A stretch of 64,000 bases of DNA from a bacterium (GTDB lineage: Bacteria > Patescibacteriota > Minisyncoccia > Phycocordibacterales > UBA918): NCBI GenBank assembly GCA_043719295.1, contig JAYSUD010000005.1, positions 31,651 through 95,650 on the forward strand, in the 5' to 3' direction. The notes below the pieces were generated by a model. That model was given only the letters and a program-made list of their open reading frames with translations, was not told the DNA's origin and did not search any database. Numbering within the stretch: position 1 is the stretch's first letter; every line of letters begins with the position of its first letter. The position numbers and the translations under genes are program-made. Below, piece after piece: positions 30,038 to 38,831 of the stretch.

Positions 30038-30263
30038 CTTTGCTGTTGAACAATTCTGAGTTCATCGAATTAACGAAAAATCCGCCTCAGAGAGCGGATT
30101 TCCTGTCTATACACAAAAACTGCTCTCTAATACGGATCCTTGAGAGATGAGGAGCAAAAGCTACTCCACGTGCAGATTGTATTTGTGTGCTTCATAGTGG
30201 GTTTAGTATAGCGGATTGGATGGGGTTGTCTAGGCGGGGTGTGGAAAGAGTCCAGGTCTAATT

Positions 30264-30860
30264 TTACGTATTTTTATTCCTGCCTACCCACCACGCATCA
30301 TCTTTTTCGCCGAACCACCATGCATCAGAATCAGTTTTGGTTACAATATCTCCAAGCAGTTTTCCTTCTTCAGTTTTCAATCTCTTCACTGCTGGCTCAA
30401 TCCAAGTATTCGCACGCTCATTCCCTATGTCGTACTGTTCCTTTAGCGAAATAATAAATTCAAGATTATCAGCATCTTTAACTAACATTGATTCAAGCGA
30501 TTCTCGCAACTCATACTCATCGAGCATTGCTTTTATATCTGTACCAAACGGTAACGAATTTGTCATGTCAGTATGTGCCTTTTCTTCAAACCGTTCCGTA
30601 TATTTTTGATGTACGTAATTTAAATCAGAAATACGAGATTCAGACACATCATGAAAGAGACACATCTGTACCACTTTCCCCGAGTCTACCTTCCCATTCA
30701 TTTTTGCAAGACAGTAGCCAATATAGCAAACACGGTTAATGTGTTCAGCGACACTCTGTTCACCTGACCCAAGGAAATAAAATCCACTTCGTGGGGTCTT
30801 TGCCAAAATTCCCATTTCATAGAGGAAATTTGCGATGTTTGCAAGGTCTTTTTGTTCCAT
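30264..30860 (-). CDS. HD-domain phosphohydrolase (YfbR-like)
   Basis: H...HD...D motifs (AEHINRV, LFHDVSE) of the HD_3 family. Confidence 0.65.
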   Translation of the reverse strand: MEQKDLANIANFLYEMGILAKTPRSGFYFLGSGEQSVAEHINRVCYIGYCLAKMNGKVDSGKVVQMCLFHDVSESRISDLNYVHQKYTERFEEKAHTDMTNSLPFGTDIKAMLDEYELRESLESMLVKDADNLEFIISLKEQYDIGNERANTWIEPAVKRLKTEEGKLLGDIVTKTDSDAWWFGEKDDAWWVGRNKNT

Positions 30861-30863
30861 ACA

Positions 30864-31046
30864 TTAAGTGTAGCAGATTTCGAAAGATTGACTCATTTCA
30901 CCTTCAAAATGGAGGGATACCGCTTCTTCGATATTTTTAACTAATTGGTCAAGAGTTGAAGCTTCAGATACAATTGCTAAATCAACACCTTCTGCAATAT
31001 AGGTGCCTTCTGATTCTGATATTTTAAACTGAATGCTACTTTTCAT
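30864..31046 (-). CDS. HicB-like/UPF0150-fold small protein
   Basis: 60-aa IQFKISESEGTYIAEGVDLAIVSEASTLDQLVKNIEEAVSLHFEG resembles the HicB N-domain; no HicA partner seen. Confidence 0.4.
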   Translation of the reverse strand: MKSSIQFKISESEGTYIAEGVDLAIVSEASTLDQLVKNIEEAVSLHFEGEMSQSFEICYT

Positions 31047-31432
31047 GTATGTATATTATGTCATATTTATTGATTTTGAATATGCTTCACAACCTGACAT
31101 GAAAACGAGGATGTCTTGCTTTCTAAACGAAAAATACTCCAATCGATTGGAGTATTTTTGCTGACGTATTGCGTGATAAGAGTCGGACTTGGTCGCTAGT
31201 TGTGACAACGAACATTAATTCAGGAGCCAGACTTGCACACGAATCACTAAGTATATTATTTCGCTACGCTCATAATCTACTAAGTGTTCGCGACCCCGTC
31301 TCACTCGTCTTGGCATTAGGAAAAGCCAAGACATCGTTGCGACCTTCAAGTCTGGACGCAAGGTGCGCAGGCACCTTACTCTCTGAGCACCACATATACA
31401 AAAACCGCTCCTGAGAGCGGTTTTTGTATATG

Positions 31433-31509
31433 TGGTGCTCAGAGCCAGACTTGAACCGGCGACCCTTCCCTCTTCAGGGGAATGCTCTACCAACTGAGCT
31501 ATCTGAGCA
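31433..31509 (-). tRNA. tRNA-Phe (GAA), CCA encoded
   Basis: GCTCAGATAGCTCAGTTGGTAGAGC...anticodon loop CTGAAGA...TTCAAGT...TCTGAGCACCA on the minus strand; track ORFs 31215-31535 and 31169-31414 are artefacts of this tRNA. Confidence 0.85.
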
Positions 31510-31739
31510 TATGGTATGACTCTCCGCTTATTCAAAAAAGCTAAGTGAGCTGTGACATTGTACCTGTTTTTATCTTTTTTTCAACACACTCTATAAGGCT
31601 TATGAAAATGAGTGAGAAGTGATAGGGAATCACTTCGCAAGAGGTTACCTGCTCTTTTGAAAAAAAGAGCGATAACCTGAACAGTTTCTGTAAGAAACAA
31701 AAGAGGAAACGAAGAAGTGTGCCATTTTCATAAGCCTTA

Positions 31740-32069
31740 CTACTGTCCTCGCGAAGCCTTGATTGCTTCAAGAGTCTGTGAAAACTGCTTCCAACCAGGG
31801 ATTTCTTGCATACCGACACTAAACACCTCGTATGAAGAGCCTAGAGCCTCAAAATACGGTTCTAGGATGTAGAAGTAGAGTGCAAACGGTAGACCAATGA
31901 GGAATAAGTACCAAACAATTCTGAACCAAAAACCCCATACTGCGTTGCGGTGCAGTTTTTTTAACAATAGATTATTTTCCTTAAGAAGCTCCGTATTCTT
32001 CTCAAGAAGGTATTTTATTTCAATAGTTGTATCATCCCCTTGCATGATAGTAAGTATAGCAGACAACAT
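31740..32069 (-). CDS. small 2-TM membrane protein (hypothetical)
   Basis: 109 aa with hydrophobic stretch WGFWFRIVWYLFLIGLPFALYFYIL. Confidence 0.45.
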   Translation of the reverse strand: MLSAILTIMQGDDTTIEIKYLLEKNTELLKENNLLLKKLHRNAVWGFWFRIVWYLFLIGLPFALYFYILEPYFEALGSSYEVFSVGMQEIPGWKQFSQTLEAIKASRGQ

Positions 32070-32115
32070 GGTTTGATTGTCTATCTTTTAATCCTAATTT
32101 AGATATACTTTCAGT

Positions 32116-32781
32116 ATGAAAAAAGATGCAAAACAAATTATTGTCGACTTTCTTGAGCTTCAGAAAAACTACCAGTTTACGCGACGATCGACAATGACCA
32201 AAGAGCGTTTTTGCGATATAGGATTAAAAAATAAAGAATTTGGATTGGATACTACTGACGATAGACTAAAAGAAACATTACTTGAACATGTGGGACATTT
32301 ACCAGTACTTGCAACCTCCCTCTATGAGTATGCCGAAAATGCAGAGAAAATTAATCTTGGCCGAGTTCTCATTATGCTTTCTATCCATGATATTGGAGAA
32401 ACAAAATTAGGTGACGTATTTGCATACACAAAAACACAAAGAGAGGAATCAGACGAGCTCGACACTGCAAAGAAAATGCTTTCCCCACAGCTCATTACTT
32501 ATCTAGAAGAGTACGAAGCAAACGAAACATTCGATGCAAAGTATGCAAAATCAATAGACATTCTTGCACCTTTAATGCATGCAGTTGATTTTATTGGATA
32601 TACCCACGCTCGCTTTTTAAAGTTTGGTGGTACTAACGAAAAAATAATCACAAGAAACCGTCCTCTATTGCTCTGGGATAGTACGTTATTAGAAATATTT
32701 GATTTGATTCTAGAGCAATCAGCCCGATATGAAAAATGCGAACCGTTATTATTCCCCACTGTTGATTATGATTTGAAGTAA
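32116..32781 (+). CDS. HD-domain phosphohydrolase (YfbR-like paralog)
   Basis: HVGHLP...SIHDIGE HD motifs. Confidence 0.65.
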   Translation: MKKDAKQIIVDFLELQKNYQFTRRSTMTKERFCDIGLKNKEFGLDTTDDRLKETLLEHVGHLPVLATSLYEYAENAEKINLGRVLIMLSIHDIGETKLGDVFAYTKTQREESDELDTAKKMLSPQLITYLEEYEANETFDAKYAKSIDILAPLMHAVDFIGYTHARFLKFGGTNEKIITRNRPLLLWDSTLLEIFDLILEQSARYEKCEPLLFPTVDYDLK

Positions 32782-32804
32782 CTGGTTGGGGTCAAGTTTC
32801 TAGC

Positions 32805-32975
32805 TATAATTGTTCGCTTCGCTCCAATTCAAGCAACAACTTCCTCCCCGGACTCACCTGTTTCTGCACTAGGAAGAGCAGAAACATGGCTCCGTCTCAC
32901 ATACAGGCACGAAAGCAAAGCAGTTTGCTTTCTAAACGAAAAATCCACCATTCTTAAGAATGGTGGATTTTTCTT
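32805..32975 (+). ncRNA. candidate small RNA (paralog B of 2830-3006)
   Basis: TATAAT 32805-32810; GTTCGCTTCGCTCCAATTC leader; covarying hairpin GTTTCTGC/GCAGAAAC; CATGGCTCCGTC; hairpin gaaagca/tgctttc; terminator aaaaatccaccattcttaagaatggtggattttt. Confidence 0.5.
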
Positions 32976-32985
32976 TACCTATATG

Positions 32986-33057
32986 TGCCCTCGCTAGGAG
33001 TCGAACCTAGATCCCCTCGTTAGGAGTGAGGAGTTCTATCCATTGAACTACGAAGGC
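32986..33057 (-). tRNA. tRNA-Arg (CCU)
   Basis: GCCTTCG acceptor (one G.U), anticodon loop CTCCTAA, T-arm CTAGG-TTCGACT-CCTAG, minus strand. Confidence 0.75.
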
Positions 33058-33120
33058 AAAGTGGTTCTAGGGTAGCATATATAGTTAAGATAAAATATAG
33101 CTCATACTGCCACCTCGTAC

Positions 33121-33996
33121 CTATTTTAATAATACTAAGACAGCCACGGAAAGAACTATGGCTAATAATTTACGGAAATTCCAATGTTCTTGGTATATAA
33201 ACAAAGACAGTGCTATAGGAACAATAATGTAGAGTGAACTTATGACATACACAAGACTCAGTGTTCCCCCAGCAACAAATGCGAAAATCATTGTGCTTGC
33301 ACTAATAATTTGAGCGATACCCATGATACATACAAGAAGTATCGTTTTAGAAGTGACAATCTGTGTAGCGTACGAAATTGTAGTAGTTTTATGTTTCTTA
33401 AAAAGCACCCCAACTGACGCAGTAGCTAGAAATAAATCACTTACCAAAAGAAAGAGCCACGGATTTAGTGAAATATCAATTCCATATTTGAAAAGTGCAA
33501 TTGATACTGATCCGATAGATGCGGCAAGTAGTACATAAATGATCCCCTTTTTTAAATTCTGCTGGCGTTTATTTTCTGAAGCACTAATGAGTAATAATGG
33601 TATACAAAAACTCATAATGAGACCAACCCACTGTGTTACGGTAAATGATTCTGCAAAGACTAAAACTCCAATTAGAAGAACGAGTACTGGCCCTGCAACT
33701 TTGTATAATGGAAAAAATATTGTTGCATCAAGAACGGATAATGCTTCAATTTTAAAAACCAGAGTAAGCAAATACGTGACTGACCCTATAAGGGCAAAAA
33801 GTGTCGCAAGATGCCAAAATGAAGAAAAGTCTGCAAAATACCATGTACAAAAAAATAAACCTGAAGCTGAGATAATTGAAGATACAACATTTAATACGTT
33901 AATATCATACCCACGTACTGCAACTACTTTATGAGTAAACGCTCCAACTCCACCTGAAAGTGCTGATGCTAATGCGAGAAGAAACCAAGATTCCAT
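33121..33996 (-). CDS. DMT/EamA-like 10-TM transporter
   Basis: two 5-TM repeats, 291 aa. Confidence 0.5.
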   Translation of the reverse strand: MESWFLLALASALSGGVGAFTHKVVAVRGYDINVLNVVSSIISASGLFFCTWYFADFSSFWHLATLFALIGSVTYLLTLVFKIEALSVLDATIFFPLYKVAGPVLVLLIGVLVFAESFTVTQWVGLIMSFCIPLLLISASENKRQQNLKKGIIYVLLAASIGSVSIALFKYGIDISLNPWLFLLVSDLFLATASVGVLFKKHKTTTISYATQIVTSKTILLVCIMGIAQIISASTMIFAFVAGGTLSLVYVISSLYIIVPIALSLFIYQEHWNFRKLLAIVLSVAVLVLLK

Positions 33997-34070
33997 ATAG
34001 GTATTAAGTATATACTACAAAATCCTGTCAATCATATCGACAGGATTTTATATACTCTGAAAGATATAAG

Positions 34071-34310
34071 CTATGCAATCGCTAACAGTTCTTTGATCTT
34101 TGCTTCGTCGAAGCCTACAATCACATCGTTTTCGATACGAATAACGGGGACGCCCATTTGTCCGGTCATGTCTATCATCTCTTGTCGTTTTTCTTGGTCA
34201 GAAGCTACGTTAATCTCTGTGTACTTAATATTGTTTTCACTAAAAAATTCTTTTGCAGCATGGCAATAATGGCACACTGGGGTACTGTAAATTGTTACTG
34301 TTTTATCCAT
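34071..34310 (-). CDS. glutaredoxin-like protein (NrdH/YruB type)
   Basis: CHYC redox motif in a thioredoxin-fold 79-aa protein. Confidence 0.7.
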   Translation of the reverse strand: MDKTVTIYSTPVCHYCHAAKEFFSENNIKYTEINVASDQEKRQEMIDMTGQMGVPVIRIENDVIVGFDEAKIKELLAIA

Positions 34311-34328
34311 AGGAAACTAGTATATCAT

Positions 34329-34742
34329 CTACCAAAATTTGTACCAAGGTTTAGTTTCAATCGGTGAAGTTGTTGTCGCTTCCACCTTCTTCTTCTCGCC
34401 TACAAGAATAATTACTTTTTCATCTTGTTTAGCAACGTCAAAGTTTGAACGAATTTCTTCCTCAATTCCCCGCTCACCTTCAAGATACTCCACACGCTCT
34501 TTAAGCGCAGCCTTACGCTCTATCAATTCTTGTTTCTCTCTATTTGTCTCTATACGCCGCGCATACATCTGCCGCTCAACCACATACCGTTCGTATACTG
34601 AAAACGCAAGAAACAAGACTACAATGAGGAGTCCAATAACAACCACCTTTGAATAGAGGTACTCAGTTATCGATTTCTTTTTTCCGAAACCTGCCATATA
34701 TGCTAGTATACTATCATTAATCAGATGATGTATTTCAAACAT
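34329..34742 (-). CDS. septum-formation initiator (FtsB/DivIC-like)
   Basis: TM helix followed by a coiled-coil (ERQMYARRIETNREKQELIERKAALKERVEYLEGE). Confidence 0.5.
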   Translation of the reverse strand: MFEIHHLINDSILAYMAGFGKKKSITEYLYSKVVVIGLLIVVLFLAFSVYERYVVERQMYARRIETNREKQELIERKAALKERVEYLEGERGIEEEIRSNFDVAKQDEKVIILVGEKKKVEATTTSPIETKPWYKFW

Positions 34743-34966
34743 GAGCTTTCTATTTCACAAACGAACAAAATCAACAATTAAATGGGTTTGGATTGTAGTT
34801 GCATCAATTATTATTTTGAGTATGGTTTTTGCGTACTCAGGTGGTAGTGGAGGATTGTTTTAAGGTAGCACTTACTACTCTAAACAAAACGGCGAGCATT
34901 GTATGCTCGCCGTTTTGTTTGTTTGGGTTTTTGGAGAGAAGACATCTATTCCTTACAGGAACTGTA

Positions 34967-35038
34967 CAGGTTGTCAGTTTTTTATAAACTAAAAAACTAG
35001 ACAACCTCATTAAGAGTGACATTTAGTCACTCTTAATC
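34967..35038 (+). repeat. double-hairpin repeat R1, copy 1 (downstream of lepA)
   Basis: CAGGTTG...CAACCT hairpin followed by palindromic ttaagagtgacatttagtcactcttaa. Confidence 0.7.
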
Positions 35039-36817
35039 CTCTTTTATCATTTTCATGAAGACCTCTGGGGGGATGCTTACTTTTCCGTAGGCGAGCATTT
35101 TCTTTTTTCCTTTCTTTTGCTTATCGCGAAGCTTCATCTTTCTGGTTATGTCTCCCCCATACATATGTGCGGTTACATCTTTTTTCATTGCAGAAAGTGA
35201 ACGAGTTGCGACAATTTTGCCCATTGTTTTTGCTTGGATCTTCGTCACAAACATTTGCCGAGGCAGAGTATTGTAGAGTTTTTCAACAATTGCTTTGGCA
35301 TCTATATCGGCTCGTCGCATACCAATTACCCGCGAGAAGGCAGGAACGAGTTCTTCAGCAACTAAAACGTCAAGGCGTGTAACTGACGCGGGACGCATCT
35401 CTGCAATCTCGTATGATAGTGACGCGTAGCCACTTGACGCATTTTTAAGCTTATCAAAAAAGCCACGCATGAGTTCTCGAAGTGGAATCTCAACCGTGAG
35501 GAGCGTTCTTCCATCACCAAATACTTCTGTATCAATCACACTCGCCTCATGGTCGTACAAAAGGTTCATGATATTCCCCATGTAGGTCGGCGGCATGATA
35601 ATTTGCGCCAATACCCACGGTTCACGAATAGTTACTTTATCCCCCGCGTCAGGGAAACGAGAAGCAGCATAGATGTGTTCAATTGAACCATCTGCGCTCG
35701 TTATCTCATACGCAATAGATGGTGAGGTGATGATGAGTTCCACATTAAACTCACGACGCAAGCGTTCGGTAATAATCTCAAGGTGAAGCATTCCTAAGAA
35801 ACCACAACGAAAGCCTCGTCCAAGTACACCCGAGGATTCTTCTTCATACGATAGCGATGAGTCAGAAAGCTTAAGTCTATCAAGTGCCTGGCGCAAGATA
35901 GTAAAGTCGTCTTGGCTTTCAGGAAATACCGACGCCCATACAACAGGACGTGCCTCTTTGTACCCGGGGAGGGCCAGAGCCGTACTCTTATCAAAAATGA
36001 GTGTATCTCCAACCGACGCAACTCCCGGTTCTTTAATCCCCGTGACAATGTAGCCAATTTCTCCAGCACTTAATAGTGCTACCGGCACTTCACCTGGAGC
36101 AAGCATCCCAACTTCTAGTGCAGTAAAAGTTTTCCCCGAAATAGCAAACTTGAGCTGATCACCTTTTTTAATTTTTCCATCAAATACACGCAAGTACACA
36201 ATAATTCCTCTGTGGTTTGAATATTGAAAGTCAAAGATAAGTCCTCTAAATGTTTTATCTTCATTACTTGCTGGTTCTGGTATCCGTTCACAAATTTCTC
36301 CGAGCAATTCTTTCACACCGACACCGGTCTTTCCTGAAACACACAAAATTTCTGATGCCTCACAATTAAGGAGTGTCTGTATCTCTTCTCCCACTTCCAC
36401 TATGCGTGAGTGCGGGACATCAACTTTGGTGAGAACGGGAATGATTTTTAGATTAAGCTCTTTAGCCATCTGCAAAACACTGAGTGTCTGTGCTTGCACC
36501 CCCTGCGTTGAATCAACAAGGAGAAGTACACCCTCAACCGCATTTAACGCTCGCGAAACTTCATATGAAAAGTCGATATGGCCTGGAGTATCAATAAGGT
36601 TCAATTCATAAGTGACACCGTTATGAACGTACGCCATTCGAACTGGCTGCATCTTAATGGTAATCCCCCGCTCACGCTCAAGATCCATAGAGTCAAGAAC
36701 TTGCTCTTTCATATGTCGCGCCTCAACGGTTTTTGTTTCTTCAAGCATGCGGTCAGCCAAGGTACTTTTACCGTGGTCGATGTGAGCTATGATGCTGAAA
36801 TTTCTAATTTGATTCAT
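35033..36817 (-). CDS. lepA: elongation factor 4
   Basis: IIAHIDHGKSTLADR G1, DTPGHIDF G3, full LepA C-terminal domain. Confidence 0.9.
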   Translation of the reverse strand: MNQIRNFSIIAHIDHGKSTLADRMLEETKTVEARHMKEQVLDSMDLERERGITIKMQPVRMAYVHNGVTYELNLIDTPGHIDFSYEVSRALNAVEGVLLLVDSTQGVQAQTLSVLQMAKELNLKIIPVLTKVDVPHSRIVEVGEEIQTLLNCEASEILCVSGKTGVGVKELLGEICERIPEPASNEDKTFRGLIFDFQYSNHRGIIVYLRVFDGKIKKGDQLKFAISGKTFTALEVGMLAPGEVPVALLSAGEIGYIVTGIKEPGVASVGDTLIFDKSTALALPGYKEARPVVWASVFPESQDDFTILRQALDRLKLSDSSLSYEEESSGVLGRGFRCGFLGMLHLEIITERLRREFNVELIITSPSIAYEITSADGSIEHIYAASRFPDAGDKVTIREPWVLAQIIMPPTYMGNIMNLLYDHEASVIDTEVFGDGRTLLTVEIPLRELMRGFFDKLKNASSGYASLSYEIAEMRPASVTRLDVLVAEELVPAFSRVIGMRRADIDAKAIVEKLYNTLPRQMFVTKIQAKTMGKIVATRSLSAMKKDVTAHMYGGDITRKMKLRDKQKKGKKKMLAYGKVSIPPEVFMKMIKED

Positions 36818-36874
36818 AAAGTGTGCTTAAAAACTTCTACTACTTCGTTACTGCACGACTTACAGTCGCCGTTC

Positions 36875-36943
36875 AGGTTGTATGATATTTTTCCAAAATA
36901 TCGACAACCTTTTGAATAGTGACATTAAGTCACTATTCAACCT
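36875..36943 (+). repeat. double-hairpin repeat R1, copy 2 (upstream of lepA)
   Basis: caggttgtatgatatttttccaaaatatcgacaacc + tgaatagtgacattaagtcactattca. Confidence 0.7.
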
Positions 36944-37140
36944 TGTATTAAAAGCTTTTAAACACACTTTATAATTTGGAGATTTACAATTGAACATTAT
37001 GCCGGGGACAAAGTCTCTAAACTGACCTCATAAAGATCAGGCTACGAGGCGTAAGCGAAAAATGGAAGAAGCGGTACATCGGTACCGTGCCTTACATTTT
37101 ATTGCAGAGCTATGAAGTAGCATGGACTTTTGTGGTCAGT

Positions 37141-38817
37141 TTACAGGACATCAACTTCAGAAGCAACTATATCCGTTTTAAATATACGTCGATGAAATGA
37201 CTTGTAGATTTCCTGAAGTTCAGGCGATTGAAGGAAATGATACATAACTACAATAACACCAATACCCACAAAACCTCCTGAAGCACCTTGAATTAAGATA
37301 CCTAAAAACGCAGTGTCGTTTATACCTGTTGCAAAAATATTGAGCGTCAGATAGGCCGCACATCCTCCGATAATTGATGCAAGCAACGCTCTTGAGATAC
37401 TTGGGAAAAACCATGCGCGTGGTATGGAAAAAGTACGCATAACAAGAATGAAGAGTATGCTCGTTTGAATTAGCATGGCAACACTGTATCCAATCCCGAG
37501 CACAACAATTTCTGACCCAGGGACTCCTTCAATACGCAAAAGCGACTCAAACATCCGTACCGTAGCAGGATTTTCTAAATATCCAAGATACAGTAAGTAT
37601 GTTATCCCAACAGTACAAAGTGTACCAATGGTAGTTACGATAAGTGGCACCATCGTTTTCCCACCTGCATAAAATGCACGAACGATAAGCAAGTTAAGTG
37701 CTTGGGCCAAAAGTGATATTGAAAGAAGAGCTAGAACAGCTGAAGTTAAACGTGTATCTGACCAATTAAATGCGCCACTTCCCAAAACCACACGCACCAC
37801 ATGTGCTCGTAACACTATAAGAAGTGCTATAGCAGGAACCGACCAAAAAATGATGTGTCGAAATGCACTAATCATGTGAAGCGAAAAAGCTTCCATTTTT
37901 TTCTGTGCAAATAAGTCAGCTAAAAACGGAAACGCGGCGATTGAATAACTCGCTCCAATAACAGCAAGTGGCACTGACTGTAAGTTGTACGCAAACTGGA
38001 ATACCGATACAGAACCAACGGTCATCACACTTGCAATCCCTATAAGTACTAAGATAGAAATTTGCTGCATTGAAAGAGTCAATGCCCGAGGTATAGAAAT
38101 ACGCAAAATGCTCCACAATAACTTCCACGAAATATCAAAAGTAAACGTAAATGCCAAACTACTCTTACGAACCAGCGGTACCTGCACAAGTAAGTGTCCA
38201 AGTGCCCCGAGGATGACTCCACCGGCAAGACCATTAAGACCCCACAGAGGATACAAAAATGCAATACCAACGATAATCCCCACGTTATATATAAGTGGGC
38301 TTATGGCATACAAGACAAAGCGGTGCCCAAGCTGGGTTACAACACCAAACAAACTTGAAACCCCAAGAAGCATTGGTTGCAAGAGCAAGATACGTGTTAC
38401 AGAAACAAGCTCACTCATACTTGAAGAAAGTCCAGGAAATAAGTATGGAAGAATATATGGAGCGACAACATACATCACTATCGCAAGTAACGTATAAACA
38501 AGTAAAAAACTGCTGAATATCTGTGAAAGTAACCTTCGTGCGTCACTTGAGTCACCACCTACAATTCGTGACGCGACAAACGGAATCAGTACATACACCG
38601 ACAGTGTTGATGCAAACAGTACGTAAAGAAGATCAGGAATACGAAATGCAGCATAGTAGAGATCTAGTTCCATCCCTGCACCGAATTGATGCGCTAAAAG
38701 TCTGTCACGTACCAATGCCAACAGTTGTGATCCAAACGCAAAGAGACCTAGTATGTATGCGGCCTGATGGAGTCCACGCACCTCCTTATATACCACCTGT
38801 AACATGCGTTTGACCAT
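37141..38817 (-). CDS. murJ: lipid II flippase MurJ
   Basis: 14-TM MviN/MurJ family with a conserved N-terminus (RDRLLAHQFGAG...DLYYAAFRIPDLL). Confidence 0.85.
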   Translation of the reverse strand: MVKRMLQVVYKEVRGLHQAAYILGLFAFGSQLLALVRDRLLAHQFGAGMELDLYYAAFRIPDLLYVLFASTLSVYVLIPFVASRIVGGDSSDARRLLSQIFSSFLLVYTLLAIVMYVVAPYILPYLFPGLSSSMSELVSVTRILLLQPMLLGVSSLFGVVTQLGHRFVLYAISPLIYNVGIIVGIAFLYPLWGLNGLAGGVILGALGHLLVQVPLVRKSSLAFTFTFDISWKLLWSILRISIPRALTLSMQQISILVLIGIASVMTVGSVSVFQFAYNLQSVPLAVIGASYSIAAFPFLADLFAQKKMEAFSLHMISAFRHIIFWSVPAIALLIVLRAHVVRVVLGSGAFNWSDTRLTSAVLALLSISLLAQALNLLIVRAFYAGGKTMVPLIVTTIGTLCTVGITYLLYLGYLENPATVRMFESLLRIEGVPGSEIVVLGIGYSVAMLIQTSILFILVMRTFSIPRAWFFPSISRALLASIIGGCAAYLTLNIFATGINDTAFLGILIQGASGGFVGIGVIVVMYHFLQSPELQEIYKSFHRRIFKTDIVASEVDVL

Positions 38818-38831
38818 ACAAAATCAAATTT

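Noticed and set aside
31169-31535. Track ORFs 31215-31535 (-) and 31169-31414 (+)
   Set aside because: They are translations through tRNA-Phe and its 30-bp palindromic trailer. There is no coding signal.
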